DNA of 62,819 nucleotides. It comes from Sphingomonadales bacterium BRH_c3 (GTDB lineage Bacteria > Pseudomonadota > Alphaproteobacteria > Sphingomonadales > Sphingomonadaceae). The notes beneath the pieces are model-generated. The model worked only from the letters and a program-made list of their open reading frames with translations. It did no database searches and was not told where the DNA came from. Location of the stretch: NCBI GenBank assembly GCA_001515985.1, contig LOET01000112.1, forward strand, positions 1 to 62,819, given 5' to 3'. Position numbers and translations under genes: made by a program. Position 1 is the stretch's first letter. Every line of letters starts with the position of its first letter. Shown here in pieces: positions 30,718-41,231 of this stretch.

Positions 30718-31026
30718 ATGGACCTGAGACAGTTGCGGTGTTCCTCCGTTCTGGCTGAGACACTGAATTTCAATCGGGCTGCTGCGCGCCTGAACATGGC
30801 TCAGCCCCCACTTGGCGTTGCTATCCGCAAGCTGGTGAAAGGTCTCGGCACTGCGCAGGAAGCCTTGCAGCTCCAAACAATCTTATGCTTGGTCCTTGCG
30901 GGCCTAGGCGTTGCGCGGGTTCCCTGGAAGACCGGAGGCTTTGCTCCCAACAGCGTGGAATTTGTCGAATTGGACGGGGATATGGCGATCGAGTTGGGGA
31001 TCGCCCATTCACAAGGCGGAGCTTAG
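30718..31026 (+). pseudogene. LysR-type regulator with large internal deletion
   Basis: HTH MDLRQLR...LNFNRAAARLNMAQPPL...IRKL fused directly to the late effector-domain segment QEALQLQTILCLVLAGLGVARVP; 102 aa versus about 300 typical. Confidence 0.8.
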
Positions 31027-31031
31027 AAGAA

Positions 31032-32177
31032 TTGTTTGATTCCCTTACCCTGGCATCACTGCCTGCAGAGGATGACGATCTGCGTTTGATGGTCCGCGAT
31101 CTGATTGTTAACCACATTAAAAGCATGCCGTTGTGGCGAAGAGCTCGTTCTTGGCAAGGATTCAGCGCTGATTTCAGTAAGGCTCTGGGCCGCGCCGGAC
31201 TTCTCGGGCTGACCATTCCCAAGGCGCTGGGCGGACACGAGCGCGGGCCATTCGCGCGTTTCGTGGTGGTCGAGGAATTGTTGTCCGCCGGGGCACCGGT
31301 AGCTGCTCACTGGATAGCTGACCGACAGAGCGCGCCGTTGATCATGAGTTGCGGGACCGAAGCGCAGCGTGAACGCTATATTCCAGGCATTTGTCGTGGC
31401 GAGATCCTGTTCTGCATCGGCATGAGTGAGCCGGGTTCCGGTTCAGACCTGGCGAGCGTCCGCACCCGCGCGGAAATGGTCGATGGTGGCTGGGTGGTCA
31501 ATGGCCAGAAGGTCTGGACCACTAACGCGATGCATTCGGACTACATGATCGCGCTGGTGCGAACCTCTGGCACCCCGGCCGATCGTCACGCGGGGCTTTC
31601 GCAGTTGATCATAGATCTCAAGGCTCCGGGTGTGACCATTCGCCCGATCGTGGACCTGACCGGCGATGCACACTTTGCCGAGGTGTTTTTCGAAGATGTG
31701 CGGCTCGATGGAGACGCACTGATCGGGCAGGAGGGTGAGGGCTGGAAACAGTGCACTGCCGAACTTGCGTTCGAGCGCAGCGGACCTGAACGGATCTACT
31801 CAAGTGTCGTCCTGTTGGATGCGTGGATCCAGCATCTGCAGGCTTGCGGGAGGCGTGATGCTGCAACGCTGGTGGGACGGCTGACCGCAGAACTTGCCAC
31901 ACTGCGCGCCATGTCGATCGCCTGCACCAGCCGGCTCGCAATGGGCGAAAGCCCTGTGGTCGAAGCAAGCCTGGTTAAGGACCTGGGCACCTCGTTCGAA
32001 CAGGAGCTGCCACTGGTCATCGGTGATGATCTTGCGGCTCATCCTGACGAGCCAGTCAGCGACGAACTGTACCAAACCCTGATGTACGTCACCCATATTG
32101 CCCCAAGCTTTTCGCTGCGTGGCGGCACCCGTGAAATCCTGCGAGGCATCACCGCGCGCGGGATGGGCCTGCGCTGA
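31032..32177 (+). CDS. Acyl-CoA dehydrogenase, large subunit of a heteromeric pair
   Basis: HWIADRQS, FCIGMSEPGSGSDLA, FERSGPER, SLRGGTREIL; probable TTG start. Confidence 0.9.
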   Translation: MFDSLTLASLPAEDDDLRLMVRDLIVNHIKSMPLWRRARSWQGFSADFSKALGRAGLLGLTIPKALGGHERGPFARFVVVEELLSAGAPVAAHWIADRQSAPLIMSCGTEAQRERYIPGICRGEILFCIGMSEPGSGSDLASVRTRAEMVDGGWVVNGQKVWTTNAMHSDYMIALVRTSGTPADRHAGLSQLIIDLKAPGVTIRPIVDLTGDAHFAEVFFEDVRLDGDALIGQEGEGWKQCTAELAFERSGPERIYSSVVLLDAWIQHLQACGRRDAATLVGRLTAELATLRAMSIACTSRLAMGESPVVEASLVKDLGTSFEQELPLVIGDDLAAHPDEPVSDELYQTLMYVTHIAPSFSLRGGTREILRGITARGMGLR

Positions 32178-32193
32178 AGTGGAGATCGACCCG

Positions 32194-33168
32194 ATGGACA
32201 GCCAGGAAATCATCGAACCTTTTGCCCGGATGCTCAATGCCGCTGTGGGCCCGGCCGAAGTGCGCGAGGCAGAGCGGAGTAACTCACTCGGCGCAATCTG
32301 GGATAGCCTGTCTTCGTCTGGCTACCTCGATGCACTGATTGCAGAAGATCGCGGCGGCGCCGGTTTTGGCCTGGCCGATGTGTTTCCACTGCTCGCCTTG
32401 GTCGGTGCCAAGGGGGTGCCTGCACCGGTGGGAGAGACGATGATCGCCCGCGCGCTTGCGGCAGAAGCCGGCATCACGCTTTCGGATGGACCGATCGCCC
32501 TGGCGACGGGGCAGGTAGATGGACAGGTAGTTACCTGCGCCCGCGTCGCGCAGCAGATCCTCTATGACAACGGCGCCGAATTGGTGCTGCTGGCTGCGGC
32601 AGATTGCAGCTTGCGGGCCACGGGCATCGAATTCTCACTGGCGGCGCGAGCCGATCTTTCAAGAATTCGAGGGCAAATTCTGCCGCGCCCTGCAGGGGGA
32701 CTGCTCTCGATTGCGGCAATCTTGAGGTCGATCCTGATCGCTGGTGCTGCAAACCAGCTGGTCGAGCAGTCCACGGTCTTCGCCAATGAGCGCGTACAGT
32801 TTGGCAAGCCTATTGGGCGGCAGCAATCGCTTCAACACAATCTGGCCGTGATGGCCGAAAATGCGATTGCGGCGCGGATCGCAGCCCAGCTCGGCGCGGC
32901 TGGCGGATTGGCTCCGTCACTGGCTGCAGCGGCAACGGCTAAATCGGTCAGTTCAAGGGCTGCAGCACTAATCGCAAATTCAGCGCATGCGCTCCATGGG
33001 GCCATCGGGATCAGCGAGGAATACGATTTGCAACTCCTGACTCGTCGTCTGCACGAATGGAGGATGGCCGACGGATCGGAAGGATACTGGAGCGGGCTGC
33101 TGGGGGCGAGCAGGCTAAGCTGTCCGGCGACTTCAGTCGATTGGGTAAGGGCAGAGATCTTTGCCTGA
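32194..33168 (+). CDS. Acyl-CoA dehydrogenase-like small subunit
   Basis: RVQFGKPIGRQQSLQH, HALHGAIGISEEYDL; N-terminal FAD motifs degenerate. Confidence 0.85.
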   Translation: MDSQEIIEPFARMLNAAVGPAEVREAERSNSLGAIWDSLSSSGYLDALIAEDRGGAGFGLADVFPLLALVGAKGVPAPVGETMIARALAAEAGITLSDGPIALATGQVDGQVVTCARVAQQILYDNGAELVLLAAADCSLRATGIEFSLAARADLSRIRGQILPRPAGGLLSIAAILRSILIAGAANQLVEQSTVFANERVQFGKPIGRQQSLQHNLAVMAENAIAARIAAQLGAAGGLAPSLAAAATAKSVSSRAAALIANSAHALHGAIGISEEYDLQLLTRRLHEWRMADGSEGYWSGLLGASRLSCPATSVDWVRAEIFA

Positions 33169-33365
33169 TTGCTGTTACCATCCGCCAGCCCAGCGGACGC
33201 GTTGGGCCATTCATTGGTGCTGCCGTGCACTTTCATTCTGTATGCGATATCTACGGCGACGTCTGGATGGAGCAGTGATGCAAGCCTAGAATTCCCGATC
33301 GAGCCTGAAGAATGGCAACGCCCGCCGCTGGCTCGGCTCGCTAGATTACTCTCGGCAGACAAGGG

Positions 33366-34094
33366 ATGGCAAAAATGGCTGATATGACAACCCATCGCGA
33401 CACGCGCGCAGATGCGGCTGACAACACTCTATCATTCCAGGAAACCGTGCGAGCGCGACGCTCCTATAGGGGATTTCTCAGCCAGCCGTTACCCGACGCG
33501 CTGATTGCCGAAGTGCTTCAGGATGCCCAGCTCGCTCCTTCCAATTGCAATACTCAGCCCTGGAACGTGCATATCGTCTCCGGCGCAAAGCGAGACGAGC
33601 TTTCGCGGATTCTCATGGCGAAGAGCGAGGCGGGCCAAACCTCGCCTGACTTCTCATTCGACATGAGTGAATTCTACGGTTGCTACGGCGAGCGGAAGGA
33701 TGCGCACAGTAAGGCCTACTACGAGATTGAGAACGTCATGCGCGATGACGCTGAGGGCCGCAGACGCGTGGCTTCCCGCAACTATACGTTTTTCAATGCG
33801 CCGCACGTGGCGCTGCTGTTCATGCCTTCTTTTGGAGACAATGTGCGAACTGCCGGTGATATCGGAATGTACGGTCAAACTTTCCTGTTGTCGCTTGCCG
33901 CTCGCGGCGTGGGTGGGATTCCCCTGACCTCGCTCGGGCAGTTTGCTGAGACCATCCGCGAAGTTTTGGGGATTTCCGCCAAATTTAAGATGTTGTTTGG
34001 AATCGCGTTTGGCTATCCAGACGAGGCTGCTCCCAGCTACCGGCGGCCCCGGGCACGAGCGGACATCGGTGAGAGCGTCACTTTCCACACTTAG
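33366..34094 (+). CDS. Nitroreductase-family protein
   Basis: RRSYRGF, APSNCNTQPW, FFNAPH, DIGMYGQ, FGYPD. Confidence 0.9.
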   Translation: MAKMADMTTHRDTRADAADNTLSFQETVRARRSYRGFLSQPLPDALIAEVLQDAQLAPSNCNTQPWNVHIVSGAKRDELSRILMAKSEAGQTSPDFSFDMSEFYGCYGERKDAHSKAYYEIENVMRDDAEGRRRVASRNYTFFNAPHVALLFMPSFGDNVRTAGDIGMYGQTFLLSLAARGVGGIPLTSLGQFAETIREVLGISAKFKMLFGIAFGYPDEAAPSYRRPRARADIGESVTFHT

Positions 34095-34372
34095 GTCGCG
34101 CGCGCAGTATTTGGCGGCATTTGAGCCCTATCGGGCGTTCAGCCTCGGCAGGCGCGTCACCTGGGATTGAATGCCCATGTAATAAGTGGCGCCAGTGGAC
34201 TTCGCAGCGGCCTTGCGGTGCAGTTGGCGCTGGATTTTAGCTCGAGCCTTGCTCACTATCCGCCTGGTTTACAGCACGGGCCATTGGCGAGAGTGAGGCC
34301 GGGTGACTGCCGTCATCCGGGCTGCAATTTGCCAGTTAGCCACTGATTTGTCTCTTGCACGGATGCCAAAAC

Positions 34373-35242
34373 ATGGAAGTCATTGATTGTCAGGTCCACA
34401 TCATCGATCGGAACCGGCCGGAACGGCCATGGGTGCCTGGTTTTGCGGAATCGCTCGCGGGCACGCTTGCGGGTGAGATCTTCACCACAGGCTCGGCCAT
34501 CATCACCGACGAAGAGATGGTGGCTGCCATGGACCGCGCCGGAGTGGATGGCGCGCTGCTGGTGCCAACCAGCCACTACGGCTGGGATAACAGCTATTCG
34601 GTGGAAGCCGCGCGAAAGTGGCCCGAGCGTTTCCGCGTGGTCGGACGGGTCGAGCCCTTCGCCGATGACGTCGAGGCGCGGATGCAGGCTTGGGCCGCTG
34701 AACCGATGGCAGTCGGAATCCGCCTTCTACTCAAGACGGAAGCTGAGGCTGATGGCTCAAGCTATGATCGCATCCTAGCCAGCGCAGCGGAAAACCTAAT
34801 GCCAGTCTGCGTCCATTGCAGCGGCATTTTGCCGGCGATGGAGCGGATGGCTCGCCGCCATCCGACCGTGCAATTGGTGATCGACCACGTCGGCATGCAC
34901 CAGCCGCCGATGCACGATCCGGGGCCGCAGCCACTGCACGACCTGCCGCAACTGCTAGCCATGGCCAGCCTGCCCAACGTCGCGGTCAAGCTAAGCGGTC
35001 TGCCATCGCTCTCGCTCGAGCCTTTTCCATTCCGCGACCTGGAGAAGCCGTTGCGCCAGATCATCGACGCCTTCGGGGTCGAGCGCCTAATGTGGGGCAC
35101 TGACTGGACGCGGGTGGTCCACCTTTATTCGTATCGAGATACAGTGCGCTTCATCACTGAATCGCCCGAGTTGGACGAGGTTGAGAAGCAAGCCCTGCTC
35201 GGCGGTTCGCTACGCAGGATCTTTGGTTGGCCAGCCTCGTGA
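34373..35242 (+). CDS. Amidohydrolase_2-family protein (lactonase-like)
   Basis: IDCQVH, YGWDNSY, VIDHVG, VKLSG, WGTDW. Confidence 0.88.
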   Translation: MEVIDCQVHIIDRNRPERPWVPGFAESLAGTLAGEIFTTGSAIITDEEMVAAMDRAGVDGALLVPTSHYGWDNSYSVEAARKWPERFRVVGRVEPFADDVEARMQAWAAEPMAVGIRLLLKTEAEADGSSYDRILASAAENLMPVCVHCSGILPAMERMARRHPTVQLVIDHVGMHQPPMHDPGPQPLHDLPQLLAMASLPNVAVKLSGLPSLSLEPFPFRDLEKPLRQIIDAFGVERLMWGTDWTRVVHLYSYRDTVRFITESPELDEVEKQALLGGSLRRIFGWPAS

Positions 35243-35311
35243 ATTGCCCCGCTCGCGGCTGGTGAACTAGGCGCAGCGGCAGCATAAGTGCGATGGGAGC
35301 GGCGAAAGGAG

Positions 35312-36370
35312 ATGAATGTGGCACAGTACAAACCGGAATGGCTCGATCTTGTCAAAGAGGAACCGATCGACCCTGATTTGCCGATTATTGACCCTCACTG
35401 CCACCTCTACGACGATCCGGTCCGTCGCGCGACGATGGGCGGATTCATGACAGAAGAGTTTCTCGACACTATCGCGACCTCGGGTCACAACATCGTCTCA
35501 ACGGTGCACTGCGAGGCCTACCGCACTTTCGTCGACGAGGATGCGCCACCGGAGTTCCAGGCGGTGGCCGAAACCCGGGCGGCGACCCGCGTCGGGGAGG
35601 AGGCGCAGGCCCGCGATCCCGCAGGTCCGCGTCTGTCGGAGGGCATCATATGCTACGCCAACATGGCTCTAGGCGACGGACTTGACGCAGTAATTGCCGC
35701 CCACCGCGAAGCCGCCAAGGGACGCCTGCGCGGCGTCCGCGCCTGGACGATGAGTGACCCTGAAGTTGCTTTGCCTTACGCATCCAGCGCCGATTGTATG
35801 GCTGCGCCCGAATTCATCGCGGGGGCAAAGCGGTTGGCCGAACACAAGCTGACGTGGGATGCCTGCGCTTTTCACCCGCAGCTTCCCCATGTAGCAACAT
35901 TGGCCGGGCAAGTGCCTGATCTCCCGATCGTGCTAAATCATGTCGGGATTCCTATCTACACTGGGCGTTTCAAGGACAAATTTCAGGAAACCTACCAAAA
36001 TTGGCTGGCCATGATGACGGATCTCGCCAGCTTTCCGAACGTCTATGTCAAAGTGTCTGGCCTGCTCATGAACTTTTCGGGCATGGCCTTTGATGACAAG
36101 CCGATGCCTCCAACTTCGCAGCAGGCTGCAGATGTCATGCACGACCACTACATCGCCGCGATCGACCTTTTCGGGCCCGACCGCTGCATGTTTTCCAGCA
36201 ACTTCCCTCGCGACCGACTAACTATCTCTTACGGCGTACTCTGGAACGCGCACAAAATTCTAGCCGGGCAATATACTGCAGAGGAACGCACGAAACTGTT
36301 TAGTGGGACGGCAGCAAAAGTATACAATCTACTGGACCCCAATGCTGATCGATCCCGCACAGGGCACTAG
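35312..36370 (+). CDS. Amidohydrolase_2-family protein
   Basis: IIDPHCHL, VLNHVG, VKVSG, FGPDRCMFSSNFP; AAGGAG RBS. Confidence 0.9.
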   Translation: MNVAQYKPEWLDLVKEEPIDPDLPIIDPHCHLYDDPVRRATMGGFMTEEFLDTIATSGHNIVSTVHCEAYRTFVDEDAPPEFQAVAETRAATRVGEEAQARDPAGPRLSEGIICYANMALGDGLDAVIAAHREAAKGRLRGVRAWTMSDPEVALPYASSADCMAAPEFIAGAKRLAEHKLTWDACAFHPQLPHVATLAGQVPDLPIVLNHVGIPIYTGRFKDKFQETYQNWLAMMTDLASFPNVYVKVSGLLMNFSGMAFDDKPMPPTSQQAADVMHDHYIAAIDLFGPDRCMFSSNFPRDRLTISYGVLWNAHKILAGQYTAEERTKLFSGTAAKVYNLLDPNADRSRTGH

Positions 36371-37241
36371 CGTCCAGCCACTTTGAAAATCGGGACCTTG
36401 AGGATCTTCGGGCAATGGAAAGCGGCTAAGTGGTTAGTTGTAAATATGCTCTGCCTCAACGTGTGGTGACTTCGTATGACGCTCAGTAATTGTCCTGTGA
36501 AGGCCACAGGCGCGCGTATCAGCAAGTCGCAATATGATGATGCGTTATGCAGCGAGCTGCAATTCCGCCTAGCGCAACCTCGGCCGCGAAGAGTTCCAAT
36601 TTCTCCGGTGCGTTACCGTCGAACCCATGGCTTATCTCAGCAGGAGCGGGACGGGTCACGTCGGTTTTGCTCCCAGCGTCTCGTAAAAGCCAGGGAGACC
36701 GCCGAAGCCTTCAGGCTGACGGGAACGCTAGGCGACCTTGGACGGGCCTGTTCCTTAGTTCTCATCCATGGGCAGGCGTCGATGACCCGCTCCCGCATGT
36801 GATAATCCAGCGGCCCATCGTGACCTAGACGAAATCCTGCATGACTTTGAGCTAGACCGAAGTCGGTGCATCGCTCAAGCACCAGATTGGCAGGTCGGAG
36901 TTCTTGAGATTGTCTCGAACCGTGATGATCTCATTATAGCCGTCGATGACAAAGCAAGCCACCACGCGGTGTGAGCAGGCACATTCGCCGCATTTGCCAA
37001 CTCCATGGCACCAATTGATTGAGTCGACGCATCGAATGTCCGATGCGCACAGACCTTTATGTAATAGCCGCAACCGCCTGCTTTGGGCTCCGATCAATCA
37101 GATTTATCCTTAGCCAGTCGCCAGCACCTTAATTAATGGCCGGCGCAAACTGTATTTGTAATGATGCATGTCAGGGCTTGATTTTAGACTTTACGGCGGC
37201 GTATTTGATTGAGGAACTATATTTCGTTCCAAATTGCATTA

Positions 37242-37297
37242 TTAGTTTATTATATACTAACTTGATCAAGCAATAGTCCAATACTATTACACAAGTT
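37242..37297. promoter_or_regulatory. AT-rich promoter region with nested palindromes
   Basis: CTTGATCAAG (37261-70), AATAGT-CCAAT-ACTATT (37272-88) and TTAGT-N9-ACTAA upstream of 37338. Confidence 0.4.
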
Positions 37298-37337
37298 TAA
37301 TTATATTATAAACATCTGAAATAAACGGCTTTTGTTT

Positions 37338-38318
37338 ATGTCTTTTAAGACTCGGATCACCGAAATGCTCGGCATCGAGCACCCCATCATCCAGGGCGGC
37401 ATGCAGGGTGTCGGAACAGCAGACCTCGCCAGCGCAGTGTCCAACGCAGGCGGGCTTGGTATCCTGACCGCACTAACCCAGCGGAGTCCCGACGCGCTGC
37501 GCGCGGAGATCGAGCGTTGCCGTTCGATGACCGGCAAGCCCTTCGGCGTAAACATGACTGTGTTCCCGACAAGCAACGCGCCCGATTACAAGGCCTATGC
37601 GCTGGCGATCATCGATTCCGGCGTGAAGATTGTGGAAACGGCGGGCGGGTCAGCAGTCCGTGGAATCTGGGAAATGCTTAAGCCACACGGCATCACCATC
37701 CTACACAAGTGCACCGCGGTCCGCCACGCGGTTTCGGCGGAAAAGGCAGGCTGCGACATCATCTCGATCGACGGCTTCGAATGCGCGGGCCACCCGGGTG
37801 AGGACGATATTCCGGGACTGATCCTGATTCCCGCCGCCGCCGACAAGGTGCAGGTTCCGCTGATTGCGAGCGGAGGCTTCGGCGACGGGCGCGGCCTTGC
37901 CGCCGCGCTTGCGTTGGGCGCGGAAGGGATCAACATGGGCACCCGGTTCTGCGCGACGATCGAGGCGCCGATCCACGACAACATCAAACAGGCCTACCTC
38001 GACAACGACGAGCGCGGCTCGGTGCTGATCTTCCGTAGCCTGAAGAATACCGGTCGCGTCGGTCGCAGCGCGGTTTCGGAGGAAGTCGCCCGCCGCCTCG
38101 CCGTGCCGGGGGCGACCTTCGGCGACGTCAAGGAACTGGTCGCCGGCGCGGTCGGACTCGAGATGCTGAAAACGGGCGATCTGTCTAAGGGCATCTTCTG
38201 GGCCGGCATGGTCCAGGGCCTGGTCCACGACATCCCGACCTGCGAAGCGCTGATCAATCGTATCGTCGCCGACGCCGAAGCGATCATCAGGGGTCGTCTT
38301 ATCGGCCAGATCGCCTGA
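37338..38318 (+). CDS. Nitronate monooxygenase/FabK-like flavin oxidoreductase
   Basis: HPIIQGGM, SNAGGLG, DGFECAGHPGE, ASGG, MGTRF. Confidence 0.92.
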   Translation: MSFKTRITEMLGIEHPIIQGGMQGVGTADLASAVSNAGGLGILTALTQRSPDALRAEIERCRSMTGKPFGVNMTVFPTSNAPDYKAYALAIIDSGVKIVETAGGSAVRGIWEMLKPHGITILHKCTAVRHAVSAEKAGCDIISIDGFECAGHPGEDDIPGLILIPAAADKVQVPLIASGGFGDGRGLAAALALGAEGINMGTRFCATIEAPIHDNIKQAYLDNDERGSVLIFRSLKNTGRVGRSAVSEEVARRLAVPGATFGDVKELVAGAVGLEMLKTGDLSKGIFWAGMVQGLVHDIPTCEALINRIVADAEAIIRGRLIGQIA

Positions 38319-38331
38319 TAGGAACCGCGCC

Positions 38332-39113
38332 ATGAGGATCGATTCCACCACAGCCGCCGAAGTTACCGGCGGCGTTTCGGGCCTCGGCCGGGCGAGCGCC
38401 GAGGCGTTGGCCGCCGACAGCGTGAAAGTTGCCATTTGCGACCTCAACGAGGAACTGGGCGACGGAGGGGCCAGGGCCAAGGCGGATAGGTCTGCAAGGT
38501 CGACATCTTGAGCAAGGTATCGGTCCTCGCCAGGCTCGAAAAGGCCTGCGCTGCCCACGGTCAGGAGAGGATCCTCGTCCACTCCGCGATGGTCAACCGT
38601 AAGCGCAAGACCGTTGGCCGAATCCGCGAGACGAGTGAACTGACCTGCTTCTTGATCGAGGACTGCGAATTTCCCGCCCATGGTATCCTGGCTTCGACCT
38701 ACCGATTTGCCTCGCTCACCGCGCTGAAAATGGCCGGGGCTGATCCGCTGGAAGGCAGAGAGCGGGGCACTATCGTGCTGACCTCATCCGACGTCGCACA
38801 GCATGTGCAGGTCGGGGCAGGTTGCCCATGGCTCGCTGAAGGCCGGAGTCAGCGGCATAGTCCTGCCAGGCGCGCGACCTGATGGACATGGGCATCCGGG
38901 TCAACGCGATCAAACCGGGGATCTTCAACACCCCTCTGCTCGCCCGCAATTCGCAGAAGATACTCGACGGGCTCAACGCCTCGGTTCCATTCCCTAAGCG
39001 AATGGGCAAGCCCGAGGTATTCGCCAGCCTGGTGATGGTACTGGTCCGCAATTCGCATTTTTACGCCCCAGTCGGTCCGCCTCGACGGTGCGATCTGCAT
39101 GGTGCCCCGCTAA
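38332..39113 (+). pseudogene. HSD10-like SDR, multiple frameshifts
   Basis: MRIDSTTAAEVTGGVSGLGRA..., ERGTIVLTSS, GIRVNAIKPGIFNTPL, VPFPKRMGKPE, RLDGAICMVPR* spread over several frames. Confidence 0.85.
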
Positions 39114-39130
39114 CCTAAAAGGATATTTCC

Positions 39131-40384
39131 ATGACCGAAGCCCATATTGTCGATGCCGTCCGCACCCCGCGCGGGATTGGCAAGCAGGGCAAGGGCGCGC
39201 TGGCGCACCTCCACCCGCATGACCTCGGTGCCGCAGTGCTGCGCGCCCTGCGCGATCGCAACGCCATCGACACCAGCAAGGTCGACGACATTATCTGGTC
39301 GTGCAGCCAGCAGCGCGGCAAGCAGGGCGGCGACATCGGCCGCCTCTCGGCGCTGTGGGCGGGTTATGACAATGCCGCCAGCGGCGTGACGCTCGACCGT
39401 TTCTGCGGCGGCGGCATATCAAGTGTCGGCTTTGCGGCGGGTCAGATCATGGCGGGCTTCGAGGACGTGGTCATCGCCGGCGGGACCGAGATGATGAGCT
39501 ACCACAGCGAACTCGACGCGCTGGAAAGCCAGACCGAGCTCGGCAAACTGGGCCGAGCGCGCGGGAACTTTGAACTCTACGAAGATCAGCCGATTTCCGC
39601 CGTCGGCGTCGCTGCCGACGCCATCGCTGCGATCGAAGGCATCAGCCGCACGGAACTCGAGGCGTTGGGCGTCGAAAGCCAGCGCAAGGCCAAGATGGCT
39701 ATCGACGATGGCCGCTTCGCGAAGAGCCTGATCCCGGTCTACAACCGCGATGGCACCCTCGCGCTGGATCACGACGAATACCCCCGCCCGGAAACCACCG
39801 CCCAGACACTGGCCGGCCTCAAGCCCGCCTTCGTGGCGATGGAGCAGGTCGCCGCTGCGCCCGACGGCACGACTATGCGCCAGATGATCGAGCGCAAGTA
39901 TCCCGACCTTAAGTGGGAGCCGACCCACCACGTCGGCACCTCCTCTGGCGTGGTCGATGGATCTGCCGCGTTGCTGCTCGCCTCTAAAGCCGGCCTCAAG
40001 GCTAATGGCTGGAAGCCGCGCGCGCGGATCGTCACTGCGGTCAACGCGGGCGATTGCCCGACCTTGATCCTCAACGCCCCGGTCCCGGCGGCGAAGAAGG
40101 CGCTGGAGCGCGCCGGCTTGGGGGTGGCCGACATCGACGTCTGGGAAATCAACGAGGCTTTCGCAGTGGTCACCGAGAAGGCGATCCGCGATCTCGGGAT
40201 CGACCGAGCACGCGTCAACATCAATGGCGGCGCGATCGCGCTGGGGCACCCGATCGGGGCGACAGGATCGATCCTGATCGGCACGGCATTGGACGAGCTG
40301 GAGCGATCGGGCGGGCGATACGCGCTGATCACCATGTGCGCCTTTGGCGGCATGGCCCCGGCGATCATCATCGAGCGAATTTAA
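39131..40384 (+). CDS. Thiolase
   Basis: DRFCGGG, SSGVVDG, EINEAF, GHPIGATG, TMCAFGG. Confidence 0.94.
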   Translation: MTEAHIVDAVRTPRGIGKQGKGALAHLHPHDLGAAVLRALRDRNAIDTSKVDDIIWSCSQQRGKQGGDIGRLSALWAGYDNAASGVTLDRFCGGGISSVGFAAGQIMAGFEDVVIAGGTEMMSYHSELDALESQTELGKLGRARGNFELYEDQPISAVGVAADAIAAIEGISRTELEALGVESQRKAKMAIDDGRFAKSLIPVYNRDGTLALDHDEYPRPETTAQTLAGLKPAFVAMEQVAAAPDGTTMRQMIERKYPDLKWEPTHHVGTSSGVVDGSAALLLASKAGLKANGWKPRARIVTAVNAGDCPTLILNAPVPAAKKALERAGLGVADIDVWEINEAFAVVTEKAIRDLGIDRARVNINGGAIALGHPIGATGSILIGTALDELERSGGRYALITMCAFGGMAPAIIIERI

Positions 40385-40397
40385 AGGAGTGAACACT

Positions 40398-40475
40398 ATG
40401 AAGGCCCTAGTATGCGTGAAGCGCGTGATCGACTTCAAGGTAAAGCTGCGGATTAAGTCCCATGGCACGGGCGTC
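40398..40475 (+). pseudogene. etfB: Electron transfer flavoprotein beta subunit, 5' stub
   Basis: MKALVCVKRVIDFKVKLRIKSHGTGV with AGGAG RBS, then joins IS6 sequence. Confidence 0.75.
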
Positions 40476-40712
40476 GGTGACGATCTCGACCGGGCTGCCA
40501 TGGCGTTTCAATGCTTTCCTAAGGAAGCGGAGCGCAGCCCATTTATCACGTTTTTCGTGACATAGCTCTCCAGGATATCGCCTTCCTGATCGACCGCGCG
40601 CCACAGGTAATGCGTCTCGCCATTGATCTTTACGAGAACCTCATCCGTGTGCCAGTGCCATCGCCTGAAGCCTCGCATCCCGCTGATCCGCTGCTGTCGG
40701 TTGTCGGCCGCG
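40471..40712 (-). mobile_element. IS6-family transposase internal fragment
   Basis: WHTDEVLVKINGETHYLWRAVDQEGDILESYVTK(fs)RDKWAALRFLRKALKRHGSPVEIVTD, matching 60632..61339. Confidence 0.9.
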
Positions 40713-41194
40713 AGCAATCGAAGCAGCCTCAATCACATGACTAGTAATCCAATCTTGCGAACCGAGAATTCTATGAATCCAGAAACCGTCAAGCCCCGCT
40801 TCCTAGATGATGATCACCGGGTAGCGTTCGCCAACGCGCGTTTGCGCTTTGTCTCGCAACGCCTCAAGGCGAGCCAGCAAAGACGGGATATAGCCGCCTG
40901 ATACCGTGTGACGAAACTTTTTATAGCTATCAGGTGATAGCGACGCTTCCAGCCAAATCGATTTCAAAGGTTCCAGGGAAACGAAATTCGCGCCAAGTTC
41001 AATTTGGATGGCTGCGGGTTGCGAAACGGTGGCTGATGGCATGGCAAGTAATTTCAGGTCGGTTGGTAACAAACCGACTCTGATCCTCTTCAGGCCGCTA
41101 TCCAACTCTTATCATGGGATTTTTTTCAGCACCGGACGTGGATCCCAGAAACCGCAACCTATATACCGGTGCGGGGCTGTCCACCCATCATGTC
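40712..41194 (-). mobile_element. IS110-family remnant: upstream non-coding end plus transposase N-terminus
   Basis: From ATG 41042: ANFVSLEPLKSIWL...LLARL...VIII*EAGLDGFWIHR...SHVIEAASI (RuvC-like DEDD N-domain; in-frame TAG). Confidence 0.75.
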
Positions 41195-41231
41195 ACTCAG
41201 ACGAACACCCGCCCGGCACTCTGATGCTAAC

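Noticed and set aside
36400-37100. Possible decayed minus-strand gene (FVIDGYNEIITV, KLELFAAEV resemble P450 or luciferase-like fragments)
   Set aside because: Too short and degenerate to assign without BLASTx.
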